A stretch of 61,634 bases of DNA from Candidatus Magasanikiibacteriota bacterium (GTDB lineage Bacteria; Patescibacteriota; Patescibacteriia; Magasanikbacterales; GWA2-37-8), in contig SICD01000002.1 of NCBI GenBank assembly GCA_009694865.1, forward strand, positions 1-61,634, given 5' to 3'. The position numbers and the translations under genes are program-made. Positions 9,479 to 18,830 of this stretch are shown here, piece after piece. The notes below the pieces were generated by a model that was not told the origin of the DNA, did no database searches, and saw only the letters and a program-made list of their open reading frames with translations. Every line of letters begins with the position of its first letter. Position 1 is the stretch's first letter.

Positions 9479-10927
9479 ATGGAAAATAAAAATCCAAAAT
9501 GGGTGCAAATTGTTAGTCGTCGTTTTACCCCTTTTCGTATTTATATTACGGCCTTGGGGTGCCGCGATGAAGTGCGCAGGTATTTGGGGCAGGGTTGCGA
9601 TTCTTTGGTAATTACCAAAGATGAACTCGGAAGCTATTATTTATTTACGGAAGATACAAAACGTTTGAGTGGATTAGTGCAAAAAAAGGTGCAAGACAGC
9701 CCAAATTTTTCGTCCGAACTCGCGGCAGAATGCCGTCGTGCCTGCGGCGAACTTGTTTACGTCAGCCAAAATAGCGCCGGCAATATTTCTCAACAAACAA
9801 ACCTTGATTTAAAAAATAATTTGCAGGCATATTGTGAGAGTTATATTAAATTTGCCAAGTTTATGGCAATTCCCGTGGCGCTGGAACGTACCCTTACTGC
9901 TAGTATTGAAAACGCTCTTGGCGGCGTAGTCGGCACAGAAAAAGTTAAGGAGAGTTTGGCAAAATTAATGACAACGCCAGCCTTGGCTGATTCCCAGAGA
10001 GAATCAGCCGACCTTTTACGTTTAGCTGTTGGGGTGAAAAAGAACGGTGTCGATGTTAGCGCCCTTGTTCACCATGCTGAAAAATATCGCTGGCTCTCTT
10101 GTTATAATATAGACGAGACGGCCTATGCAAATACATATTTTTCCGATCGTTTGGCCCTGCTGACAACAAAAAATGTTGATGAGCTGGCGAGAGAGCTGAC
10201 AGAAGTGGAGCAAAGACTACCGCACGATATCCAAATCTATCATCAAACAATCGAGGCGCTGTCTTTGCCAACGCAGCAGGCAAAAGAAACTGAATTATTG
10301 CGTGAGTTGGTATATTTGCGAACGTTTCGCGTAGAAATGCAATCCAAGGCTAATTATTATATTCAGCCCCTTTTTGAAGCCGTTGCTAGCCGATTAAAAA
10401 TTTCTTTACGTCACGTCTGCGCGCTTTTCCCAACTGAATTATCCGGGGCTTTGAGTGGTACGCCAGTACCTTCGGAAGCGGATCTAGAAGATCGTTGTCA
10501 AAATTATGCTTTTCGTTACGACGCTAACGGCGTGTTATTTAAAGTTGGTCAAAAAGAAACTGCGGCGATTGAAGAACAGGAGCTGGGAGTACAAATAACC
10601 GATGAAATTGCCGAGCTACGCGGTACTACCGCCTATCAGGGAGTTGTGCGCGGTCAAGTGCGCGTAGTGATTACCAAAGAAGAAATTCAACAATTTAAAA
10701 CCGGAGAAATTTTAGTCACCACCATGACCACGCCGGAGTTTGTACCGGCTATGAAAAAAGCCGCCGCAATTGTGACAAATGAGGGTGGTGTCCTTTGTCA
10801 CGCCGCCATTATGGCTCGGGAATTAAAGGTGCCGTGTGTGATTGCCACCGAGCGAGCTACCACCGTGTTTAAAAATGGCGACCAGGTTATTGTTGATGCT
10901 ACTAATGGCGTTGTAAAAAAAGTATGA
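9479..10927 (+). CDS. PEP-utilising-enzyme mobile (phosphohistidine swivel) domain protein with an unassigned N-terminal region
   Basis: C-terminal motif GEILVTTMTTPEFVPAMKKAAAIVTNEGGVLCHAAIMARELKVPCV. No ATP-grasp motif was recognised in the first roughly 400 aa. The start was trimmed to MENKNPKW. Confidence 0.7.
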   Translation: MENKNPKWVQIVSRRFTPFRIYITALGCRDEVRRYLGQGCDSLVITKDELGSYYLFTEDTKRLSGLVQKKVQDSPNFSSELAAECRRACGELVYVSQNSAGNISQQTNLDLKNNLQAYCESYIKFAKFMAIPVALERTLTASIENALGGVVGTEKVKESLAKLMTTPALADSQRESADLLRLAVGVKKNGVDVSALVHHAEKYRWLSCYNIDETAYANTYFSDRLALLTTKNVDELARELTEVEQRLPHDIQIYHQTIEALSLPTQQAKETELLRELVYLRTFRVEMQSKANYYIQPLFEAVASRLKISLRHVCALFPTELSGALSGTPVPSEADLEDRCQNYAFRYDANGVLFKVGQKETAAIEEQELGVQITDEIAELRGTTAYQGVVRGQVRVVITKEEIQQFKTGEILVTTMTTPEFVPAMKKAAAIVTNEGGVLCHAAIMARELKVPCVIATERATTVFKNGDQVIVDATNGVVKKV

Positions 10928-11697
10928 CTTCAGGGGGTGAGACAGTAACATTTTTAAGCCAGGGCAAAAAAATTGTCGGGGTGATTGAATGTCCTGAACA
11001 ATTAACAGCCCGAGCGGTTGTTTTCGCGCACGGGTTAAGCAATTCCAAAGATCCGGTGGATATTCCATTATTATACCGGATTAATAATGCATTACTTGCC
11101 GCTGGGTATATAACAATGCGTTTTGATTTTTTTGGTAGCGGCGAGAGCGACGGGCAGTTTTGTGACAAGACAATAAGCGCGATGAGAGAAAATTTTTTAG
11201 ATGCTCTGACATTTTTAAAAATTAAACACCCCGAAATAAATTGGATTGGAACGGTTGGGAAAAGTATCGGTGGAACGGTTTTAGCGCTCATCGGAGGCGA
11301 TCCGCGCCTGTCAGCCAGCGTGCTCATGACGATGCGTTATTCTCTTGCTCCATTTTTTGCAAAGTTTTGGAGTGGGCAGGACGAGGTGAATTTAAGTGGA
11401 AAAGTGCCGCCAACTGGAGCGGTAAAAGGAAAGTTTTCTTTAAGTAAAAATTTTTTCGCGGAGCTTCCGCAAATTGATGCGGACGTTGCCAAAGGTTTAA
11501 AACAAATGGCCAGGACGTTAGTTGTTATAAACGAAGGTGATGAAAAAATTTCTTTGGAAAGCGGCCGGGAAGTTTATGATAATTTAAGTGGTATTAAAGA
11601 GCTAATAACTATTCCAGGGCACGATCATGAATTAGCGGAAAATGAGGCGCAAATTACAATAAAGGTTGTTGATTTTTTTAACCAGCTAAACTCATAA
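10924..11697 (+). CDS. Alpha/beta hydrolase (dienelactone-hydrolase-like)
   Basis: 257 aa with nucleophile elbow GKSIGG and a late HDH motif. Overlaps the upstream gene by 4 nt. Confidence 0.7.
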   Translation: MTSGGETVTFLSQGKKIVGVIECPEQLTARAVVFAHGLSNSKDPVDIPLLYRINNALLAAGYITMRFDFFGSGESDGQFCDKTISAMRENFLDALTFLKIKHPEINWIGTVGKSIGGTVLALIGGDPRLSASVLMTMRYSLAPFFAKFWSGQDEVNLSGKVPPTGAVKGKFSLSKNFFAELPQIDADVAKGLKQMARTLVVINEGDEKISLESGREVYDNLSGIKELITIPGHDHELAENEAQITIKVVDFFNQLNS

Positions 11698-11704
11698 AAT
11701 TTTT

Positions 11705-12715
11705 ATGGTCATACTCACTTCTAAAAACGTAAAAAAATATGTGAACTCTCGGCAAAGTGATCTTCCCTTTACGTATAAAGGCATTTCTCAAATAGAGGAG
11801 ATTACCGAAGAGACTTACGTAAATTGGATTTTTCGTGTCGTATTTAAAACCGCCACCGGGCCTTTAGTGGTATATCTGCGCCAGTCTAGAAACTTTGTAA
11901 AGAAGAAACCAGAATATAAATTGCCGGCCGAGCGGATTGCGTATGAAGAAAAGATTTTGGGTACGCTCCAACAACTGGTGCCGGGCGTGGTGCCGGAAGT
12001 GATTTATTTTGATGCCACTAATAATGTGCTCTGGCTCGCAGATATTAAACAAGGGTGTCCTCTGTTGGTAAAAGAGCTGGTGGCGGGTCGGGTACACCCA
12101 GAAGCGGCCGCCTATTTTGGAAAAATTGTTGCAACCATTCATGGTAAAACTTTTGGGATAAAGCATAGCGTGGTTCGTGGCAGTGCGAGCCTTAACAAAG
12201 CGGCAGTGGATTTTCATTTGGGCATGCGTTTGGCGCCGGCCATTAAAATGTTCCCAAGCGAAGCTAAAAAGTTTTTAGCAGAGAGTCAAAAAGCTTCTAC
12301 CTGTTTGGTTCTCGGTGATTTAGCCTCAAAGAATATTTTTGTGGATGGCGATAAAGTTCGTTTTTTGGATCTGGAACGTTCGTTTATTGGTGACCCGGCT
12401 TTTGATTCCGCTTTTTTATTCTGTCATTTCTTACTAGAGGTTCCGCCGCGCTCATTATCTCAATCAATTAAGTTTGTTAAACAGTTTGTGGTTTCGTATT
12501 TACGAACGATTGGAAAATATATTCCTAAATCTAAAGCGAATCAGCTGGAAAAAAGAATTAGTAAATTTTTAGGCATCACGATTTTGTATCGGTTATTTGG
12601 ATTTTATTTGGTCGTTGGTATTTCTCCCGATAAAGATCGTTGGACGGAACTCGCCAAACGTCTTTTGGCCGGGACTCTTAGTATTAATAAGCTGTCGAGC
12701 AAGTTGCTTGAGTAA
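11705..12715 (+). CDS. APH/choline-kinase-fold phosphotransferase (methylthioribose-kinase-like)
   Basis: Catalytic-loop-like LGDLASKNIFVDGDKVRFLDLERSFIGDPAFD, 336 aa. Confidence 0.6.
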   Translation: MVILTSKNVKKYVNSRQSDLPFTYKGISQIEEITEETYVNWIFRVVFKTATGPLVVYLRQSRNFVKKKPEYKLPAERIAYEEKILGTLQQLVPGVVPEVIYFDATNNVLWLADIKQGCPLLVKELVAGRVHPEAAAYFGKIVATIHGKTFGIKHSVVRGSASLNKAAVDFHLGMRLAPAIKMFPSEAKKFLAESQKASTCLVLGDLASKNIFVDGDKVRFLDLERSFIGDPAFDSAFLFCHFLLEVPPRSLSQSIKFVKQFVVSYLRTIGKYIPKSKANQLEKRISKFLGITILYRLFGFYLVVGISPDKDRWTELAKRLLAGTLSINKLSSKLLE

Positions 12716-12736
12716 ATATTATTAAAAAATATTAGT

Positions 12737-13213
12737 ATGGAAAATATACACTCACAATCGCGAGAAGTGCTGGCAAGAACAAAAACAAAGAGTGGCAGGT
12801 TTGCGGATTTTTTGACCAATTCTTTCGGTACGATTGCGTTTTTGATTTTGAACGCGGTTTTCTTTTTGGTTTGGATATTACTTAACTCTAGCCTCATCCC
12901 CGGTGTTCACGCCTTTGATCCGTTTCCGTATGGCCTCTTAACTATGGCAGTATCGCTAGAGGCGATATTTTTGAGTATTATTGTTTTAGTGAGTCAGAAT
13001 CGCGCCGGGAAATTGGCGGATTTGCGCGAAGAATTGGATTTAAAAATTAATATTCAAGCCGAAAATGAAATCACTCGTCTTATTATTATGGTTGATGAAA
13101 TTCATGATCATTTGGGCTTGAACCCAGAAGATGACGACGAGCTAAAAGCGATGAAAATCAAAACCAATATAGAGATGATGGAAAAAGATTTGGAAAAGGG
13201 AAAAAATAATTAG
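12737..13213 (+). CDS. DUF1003-like membrane protein
   Basis: Two TM helices with FDPFPYGLLTMAVSLEAIFLSIIVLVSQNR and a C-terminal coiled segment. Confidence 0.65.
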   Translation: MENIHSQSREVLARTKTKSGRFADFLTNSFGTIAFLILNAVFFLVWILLNSSLIPGVHAFDPFPYGLLTMAVSLEAIFLSIIVLVSQNRAGKLADLREELDLKINIQAENEITRLIIMVDEIHDHLGLNPEDDDELKAMKIKTNIEMMEKDLEKGKNN

Positions 13214-13227
13214 GAGATTTTGTTTAT

Positions 13228-14337
13228 ATGGGTAGGGAGGAAAATAGAGAAAATGGTTTGGCAAGCTTGGCCGAAGAGTTGGGAAGTCGGATTGATGCCG
13301 CCTTAAAAAATAATCGGCTAATAAGCGAGCTAACACCGGATAGTTTTAAGGACTTTGACCGTGGTTTGCACGACGCGGTTTTGGAAATGCTTCCTTCAAA
13401 ATTGAACGGAAAGAGAGTAGAAAAAAATTGGGAACCATTCGTCCAAACCTTTCGAGAGACGCGACGGGATTTAGCGGCGCTCTGGCCAACTCCAGGCGAG
13501 CGAGCTGAACGCGACTTGGCGAGTGTTGTGAACGAACTTTTAGAATTGTTGGAAATAGAAAAGCCGGCAGCGTTTTCTTCGGCTTGGATAAAAGAAAAAA
13601 ATAAAGATTTATTTTATAGAGTTCGTTTTCAATGTACTGATGAAAATGGGCAACGCGACTGGAACAAAGTTTTAAAGCACCCCCTTTTTCCAAAATATTG
13701 GGTAGATCGTTGGCGCAATAAGCGTGGTGAAAAGAGCCTTCACCCGGCCGATGTAGAGGCCGCGCGTGAGGCTGTAAAAAAAGCCGTGCTGGGAGACAAG
13801 ATAAGTCCCGTATTTTTTCAAAAAAATCTCGACGCGGCTACTTTTCGTCGTATTAATGATGCTTTGCCAAAAACTGAAGAGGGTCGCGATTGGGAGCCTC
13901 TTTTTAGTCTTATAGACGACTGCTTGTCACGAGAAGATCGGGAGGAAAGAAAGCAGGCCCAAAGAAAAAAGGAGACAAAAGTAATAGCTTCGCCACGGAT
14001 AAAAAAAGATATACCGGCGCAAGATTCGAAAAAAAGTTTGTCTTTATTTTTAGAAGCTAGAGAAGAAATAGAACGGAAACTGCCGGAGAAGGCCCTTCTA
14101 AGTTTGGTTTTTGGAGCGAAGCGCGGAGACCAAGCCGCGGGTCGCGATTTAGAAAAATTGTTGACCCCACTGGTAATGGAGTGGAGCTCCTTAAAAATAG
14201 AATTTAAACGATACAGGTCAGACAATGGAGCGGCCATGGCGGTGCTGCGATGGTGTGTCGAAAGATATTCCGAAGGGATCCCAATGCCATTTATTGAATA
14301 TTTTAAGCTACATTTGCAACGGGCGGCTCGAAGATAA
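13228..14337 (+). CDS. Hypothetical protein with a C-terminal segment resembling sigma-70 region 1.2/2
   Basis: 369 aa, charged and helical. The last roughly 80 aa (AKRGDQAAGRDLEKLL...FIEYFKLHLQRAARR) follow the sigma region-2 pattern, but the ORF ends before regions 3/4. Confidence 0.5.
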   Translation: MGREENRENGLASLAEELGSRIDAALKNNRLISELTPDSFKDFDRGLHDAVLEMLPSKLNGKRVEKNWEPFVQTFRETRRDLAALWPTPGERAERDLASVVNELLELLEIEKPAAFSSAWIKEKNKDLFYRVRFQCTDENGQRDWNKVLKHPLFPKYWVDRWRNKRGEKSLHPADVEAAREAVKKAVLGDKISPVFFQKNLDAATFRRINDALPKTEEGRDWEPLFSLIDDCLSREDREERKQAQRKKETKVIASPRIKKDIPAQDSKKSLSLFLEAREEIERKLPEKALLSLVFGAKRGDQAAGRDLEKLLTPLVMEWSSLKIEFKRYRSDNGAAMAVLRWCVERYSEGIPMPFIEYFKLHLQRAARR

Positions 14338-14368
14338 AAAATCTCCCTTAGGTTAGGGAGATTTTTTA
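14336..14368. terminator. Bidirectional rho-independent terminator
   Basis: AAAAA-ATCTCCCT-TAGGTT-AGGGAGAT-TTTTTT between convergent genes (the 13228 ORF and nrdB). Confidence 0.7.
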
Positions 14369-14383
14369 TATTTTAATTGAGCG

Positions 14384-15418
14384 TTACCAGTCAAGCGTGC
14401 CACCGACTTTATATTCAGTGACGCGGGTTTCGAAAAAGTTTTTTTCTTTGTTTAAATCAATCGCTTCGCTCATCCAGGGGAACGGGTTGGGGGTGTTGAA
14501 TTGGGCGGGTAGGCCGACCCTGGCCAGGCGACGGTCGGCAATGTGTTCAATGTATTTGCGGAAGCCTTCGGCGTTCATGCCAAAAATTCCTTTGGGAAAA
14601 ACTTCGGCGGCAAATTTGGCTTCGAGGTCTACGGCTTGCTTTACCAAGTCGATAGCGTGGGTTTGGAATTCCGGGGTCCAGAGTTCGGGCTGTTCTTCTT
14701 TAATGGTGTTTATAATGTTAATGCCAAAGTTAAGATGTTGGCTTTCGTCCCTCATGATATATTGAATTTGTTCGGAAGCGCCAATCATTTTGTTTTGGCG
14801 TTGGAATCCAAACATAACGGCGAACGAACTGTAAAAGAAAATGCCTTCCAGTACGAGCGAGAACACAATCATGTTTTCCAGAAATTTTTGATCGGCATCA
14901 AAGGTGCCTGTTTTAAATTCGGAATTAAAAATACCTTCGTTGAAACTTAAAATAAAAGCGTCTTTGTTGTAGATAGCATCCACTTCGCGGTACATGTTGA
15001 AAATCTCGCCTTCGTCGAGGCCGAGCGACTCCACAATGTACTGGTAGGCGTGCGTGTGAATGGCTTCTTCGTAGGCTTGGCGCAAAATGTACATGCGACA
15101 TTCGGGAGAGGTAACATGCTTATACATGGCCAGAACAACGTTGTTGGCCGCAATGGAGTCGGCGGTGGTAAAGAAGCCCAGAACGGTTTTAAGGGCCTTA
15201 CGTTCGTCTTCCGTGAGCACCGTGGGTGAATTCCACTGTTCAATATCTTTCTGCATGCTAATTTCGGTAGGGAGCCAGTGGTTGGCGTTGCCCACGTTGT
15301 AAGCTTCCCATGCCCAGTGGTGTTTCATGGGGTAGAGCTGGATAACATCAGCATCCGCGCCGTTGATGACGCGGCGGGCGTTGATGTCGACTTTTGCGGA
15401 AGTTTTTGTTATGGGCAT
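14384..15418 (-). CDS. nrdB: Class Ia ribonucleotide reductase beta subunit
   Basis: 344 aa with diiron/tyrosyl-radical region motifs EEAIHTHAYQYI, FYSSFA and RDESQHLNF. Confidence 0.93.
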   Translation of the reverse strand: MPITKTSAKVDINARRVINGADADVIQLYPMKHHWAWEAYNVGNANHWLPTEISMQKDIEQWNSPTVLTEDERKALKTVLGFFTTADSIAANNVVLAMYKHVTSPECRMYILRQAYEEAIHTHAYQYIVESLGLDEGEIFNMYREVDAIYNKDAFILSFNEGIFNSEFKTGTFDADQKFLENMIVFSLVLEGIFFYSSFAVMFGFQRQNKMIGASEQIQYIMRDESQHLNFGINIINTIKEEQPELWTPEFQTHAIDLVKQAVDLEAKFAAEVFPKGIFGMNAEGFRKYIEHIADRRLARVGLPAQFNTPNPFPWMSEAIDLNKEKNFFETRVTEYKVGGTLDW

Positions 15419-15520
15419 AGGTGAATAATTAGGTGAGTAGGACGGTAGGGTGGTAGGCGAGTAGGAAGATTTTGGTTTTCGTTAATCACCCTACAATCCT
15501 ACCATCCTACTTACCTTCAA

Positions 15521-18346
15521 TTACCCTTGGCATGATTCACAACTGGGGTCGTTGATGGCGCAGGCTTTGGGGGTGGATGTTTGGGGGGAAACAAAAGTTG
15601 CAGCCATAATCGTTTCGGGGGTGGACATGGCAACAGTCTCGTCTTTGTTATTTTGCATGCCACGGGTGTGGGTTGAGCCGTATTCACTGGTATTAACAGT
15701 GGATTTTTCTACTTGCGAGGCGGCCAGAGAACGTAGGTAGTAGGTGGTTTTGAGGCCGAGTTCCCAGGCGTACATATAAATGTCGCTGAGTTCTTTGCCA
15801 GAGGTGCCGCTGAAGAAAATATTGATGGATTGAGATTGGTCAATCCATTTGCCGCGATAGGCGGCGGATTTTATAATCCAGCGCGAATCAATTTCAAACA
15901 CTTCTTTGTATTTAGCGCGAATGGCGGCGGGAATTTCGTTGATCGCGGAAATTTTACCATCGTTATATTTTATTTTGCCGAGCATTTCAAAATCCCACAG
16001 ACCTAATTTTTTAAGATCCTCAACCAAGTAAGAGTTGATGATGACGAAGTCGCCGGCTTGGTTGGATTTGACGTAAATATTTTTGTAGATTGGTTCCACA
16101 GTGGGGATACAGCCAACAATATTGGCGGTTGTCGCGGTTGGAGCGACAGCCATGCAGTTGGAATTTCTCATGCCATATTGTTTGATGGCGCCGCGGACCA
16201 CATCCCAATTTAGGGTAGTGGAACGATCCACGGGAATAACGATGCCGCGTTCTTTTTCTAATAGTTCAATGGTATCGACTGGTAAAATTCCCCGATCCCA
16301 CTTGGAGCCACGGAAGGTTTCGTAAGCCCCGCGTTCGCGGGCAAGTTCGGTGGAGGCAAGAATAGTGTGGTAGGAAACCACCTCCATGCTGTAGTCGGAG
16401 AATTTTACGCATTCGTCAGAATCAAAGTTAATACCCAAGAGATAGAGGGCGTCTTGGAAGCCGCGGATGCCGAGACCCACGGGGCGGTGGCGGAGGTTGG
16501 AGCGGCGAGCATCGTCGGTGGGGTAATAGTTAATGTCGATGACGTTGTCGAGCATGCGCATGGCAATATCGGTCACTTCTTTTACCAACGCTGTATCAAA
16601 CTGTCCGTTGGTGACAAATTTAGCAAAATTTAGTGAACCCAAGTTGCAAACAGCGGTTTCGTTATCGGAGGTGTTGAGGGTAATTTCGGTGCAGAGGTTG
16701 GAATTGTGAACAACGCCGATGTGGTCTTGGGGGCTACGGACATTGGCCGGATCTTTAAAGGTGATCCAAGGATGGCCTGTTTCAAATAGCATGGCTAACA
16801 TTTTTTTCCAGAGATCGCGCGCTTTGAGGCGTTTGAATAAAACAATTTTTCCTTCGTCGGCCATTTTTTCGTAGCGGGCGTATTGAGTTTCAAATCGTTG
16901 GCCGTAGATGTGGTGCAGATTGGGGGTTTCATCGGGGGAGAAAAGTGTCCAGTCGCCGTCTTCTTTGATGCGTTTCATGAATAAATCTGGAATCCAGTTG
17001 GCGGTGTCCATATCGTGTGTGCGAAGGCGTTCATCACCGGTGTTTTTGCGGAGCTCAAGGAAGCGTTCAACATCGTAATGCCAAGTTTCTAAGTAAACAC
17101 AGGCGGCGCCGCGGCGGCGGCCGCTCCGGTTGATGGCGACCGTGACATCGTTGGCAATTTTAAGGAAGGGAATAACACCTTGGGATTCCACGCCCGTGCC
17201 TTTAATAAAGGCGCCGGTGCCACGTAAGTTCGTCCAATCGGTGCCAATACCTCCGCTCCACTTGGAGAGCTGGGCGTTATCGCCGTAGGTTTTGAAAATG
17301 TTGTCGAGGGAATCGGAAACGGTGTTTAAATAGCAGGAAGAGAGTTGTGGTTTGGGTGTGCCGGCGTGGAAGAGGGTGGGGGTGGATGGAGTGTAAAGCA
17401 ATTTTGACATGATGTCATAAAATTTGATCGTCCACTCAGTTTTGTTTTGGCGTTCCTGAATAGCAGAACCCATGGCAATACGCATCCAGAACATTTGCGG
17501 AGTTTCAAGGGTTTGTTTGGTGTCATGATCGTTTACAAAATAGCGATCATACAAGGTTTGCAGTCCCAGATACACAAAAAGGTCATCGCGTTCAATTACG
17601 AGCGACCGACTCAACTCGTCTAAATCAAAGGCTAAAAGTCGCGGGTCGAGTCGCTCGATTTCTACGCCGCGGCGAATATTGCGAATGAAAGCGGCACGGT
17701 AGCTTTGTTCTAAATTTGCATAATCCAGCGTACCGCCAATAGTGTCTTTGTAGTTGGTGAAGAGTAATAAGCGGGCGGCCACTTTGGCATAACCGGGGTC
17801 TTGTTCAATCATCGCCCGTGTAGTCATGATAAGGGCGCGAGCGATGTTAGTGGTGGAAATTCCTTCATGTAATTCCGATCGGCACTGATTAAGAATTGCC
17901 TCTAAATTAACAACAGTCTCCAATCCTTTAACAGCAAATGTTAGCGACTTGCGAAGTTTTTCAATAGAGAAAGCTTCTTTGGCGCCGGAGCGTTTGGTAA
18001 TGATTAAAGCGTTTTTTTCAATTTTTTCTAACGTTGCTTTTTTCTTTTCGGCGCGCTCTTTGGCGTGTTCATAGCGATAAATAATATAAGATTTGGCAAC
18101 ATCATAAAATCCGCCCAACATCAATTCTCGTTCTACTAAATCCTGAATATTTTCTACGGCTGGGGTGGCGCTGGCAAAGAAAGTGGCAACATTCTGGACG
18201 ACTTGGTCGGTGAGTGTTTTTACTTTTTCCACTTCAAAACCGCTTCTTGCCTCCACAAATGCTTTTTGAATAGCAACCCCAATTTTTACCGGGTCAAAAT
18301 CCACAATACTGCCATCGCGTTTTTTTATTTTGGTAAGTGCCCCCAT
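15521..18346 (-). CDS. nrdA: Class Ia ribonucleotide reductase alpha subunit with N-terminal ATP-cone
   Basis: 941 aa with an ATP-cone-like N-terminus (IKKRDGSIVDFD), NLCTEI active-site motif, GGIG, and a C-terminal Cys pair CESC. Confidence 0.95.
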   Translation of the reverse strand: MGALTKIKKRDGSIVDFDPVKIGVAIQKAFVEARSGFEVEKVKTLTDQVVQNVATFFASATPAVENIQDLVERELMLGGFYDVAKSYIIYRYEHAKERAEKKKATLEKIEKNALIITKRSGAKEAFSIEKLRKSLTFAVKGLETVVNLEAILNQCRSELHEGISTTNIARALIMTTRAMIEQDPGYAKVAARLLLFTNYKDTIGGTLDYANLEQSYRAAFIRNIRRGVEIERLDPRLLAFDLDELSRSLVIERDDLFVYLGLQTLYDRYFVNDHDTKQTLETPQMFWMRIAMGSAIQERQNKTEWTIKFYDIMSKLLYTPSTPTLFHAGTPKPQLSSCYLNTVSDSLDNIFKTYGDNAQLSKWSGGIGTDWTNLRGTGAFIKGTGVESQGVIPFLKIANDVTVAINRSGRRRGAACVYLETWHYDVERFLELRKNTGDERLRTHDMDTANWIPDLFMKRIKEDGDWTLFSPDETPNLHHIYGQRFETQYARYEKMADEGKIVLFKRLKARDLWKKMLAMLFETGHPWITFKDPANVRSPQDHIGVVHNSNLCTEITLNTSDNETAVCNLGSLNFAKFVTNGQFDTALVKEVTDIAMRMLDNVIDINYYPTDDARRSNLRHRPVGLGIRGFQDALYLLGINFDSDECVKFSDYSMEVVSYHTILASTELARERGAYETFRGSKWDRGILPVDTIELLEKERGIVIPVDRSTTLNWDVVRGAIKQYGMRNSNCMAVAPTATTANIVGCIPTVEPIYKNIYVKSNQAGDFVIINSYLVEDLKKLGLWDFEMLGKIKYNDGKISAINEIPAAIRAKYKEVFEIDSRWIIKSAAYRGKWIDQSQSINIFFSGTSGKELSDIYMYAWELGLKTTYYLRSLAASQVEKSTVNTSEYGSTHTRGMQNNKDETVAMSTPETIMAATFVSPQTSTPKACAINDPSCESCQG

Positions 18347-18391
18347 AGAGTTGTTAGTAGTGGTTAGTAAATGGTTATTAATGTGGCAGTT

Positions 18392-18550
18392 GTCATTCCG
18401 AGCGAGGCGCCGCAGCCGACGAGGGATCTCTGCCCGTCGTTTGTCATTCCGACCGGAGCGGAGGAATCTCGCGAACCGTTAACGAGATCTCTCGACTGCG
18501 CTCGAGATGACAGGTGAGTGAGCCAGAGATTCCTCCTTCGTCGGAATGAC
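18392..18550. repeat. Composite Family A element (four arms) in the nrdA leader
   Basis: GTCATTCCGAGCGAGG..., GTCATTCCGACCGGAGCGGAGGAATCTC, ...CGAGATGAC, and GTGAGCCAGAGATTCCTCCTTCGTCGGAATGAC. Confidence 0.7.
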
Positions 18551-18649
18551 AATTAATTCCAAAGCGCCAAACATTTCGCAGCAGAGGGGTCCCTCAGCTT
18601 GTAGTGAGGAACCATTCGTCTCGAGATGTTCAGCGCCATGGAATTAATT
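18551..18649. repeat. Roughly 100-nt long imperfect palindrome (nested stems) in the nrdA leader
   Basis: AATTAATTCCA pairs with TGGAATTAATT, AACATTTCG with CGAGATGTT, and an apical stem GGTCCCTCA/TGAGGAACC has an 8-nt loop. Confidence 0.6.
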
Positions 18650-18760
18650 TTTGTAGAGAATAAAAATCTCATACCATTTTTAGTATGAGAGCGTCCCATG
18701 GCCCCGCAGTTGCGGGGAGGAGCATTGTAAAAGGTCTAACACCAGTATAGCACAGCCTAA

Positions 18761-18776
18761 ATACTATATGTAGTGG
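18761..18776 (-). promoter_or_regulatory. NrdR-box-like palindrome overlapping a possible -10 element
   Basis: ATACTATATGTAGTGG matches about 13/16 of the acaCwAtATaTwGtgt consensus. On the minus strand it overlaps TATAGT. Confidence 0.35.
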
Positions 18777-18830
18777 TAAAGCCTGTGGATAACTACTACC
18801 CGTTGATAAATTGTGTTTATTGGTTTTTGT

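Noticed and set aside
18551-18720. Cobalamin riboswitch in the nrdA leader.
   Set aside because: No B12-box-like sequence was found. The structure is a simple long nested palindrome adjacent to repeat elements rather than a multi-helix junction.
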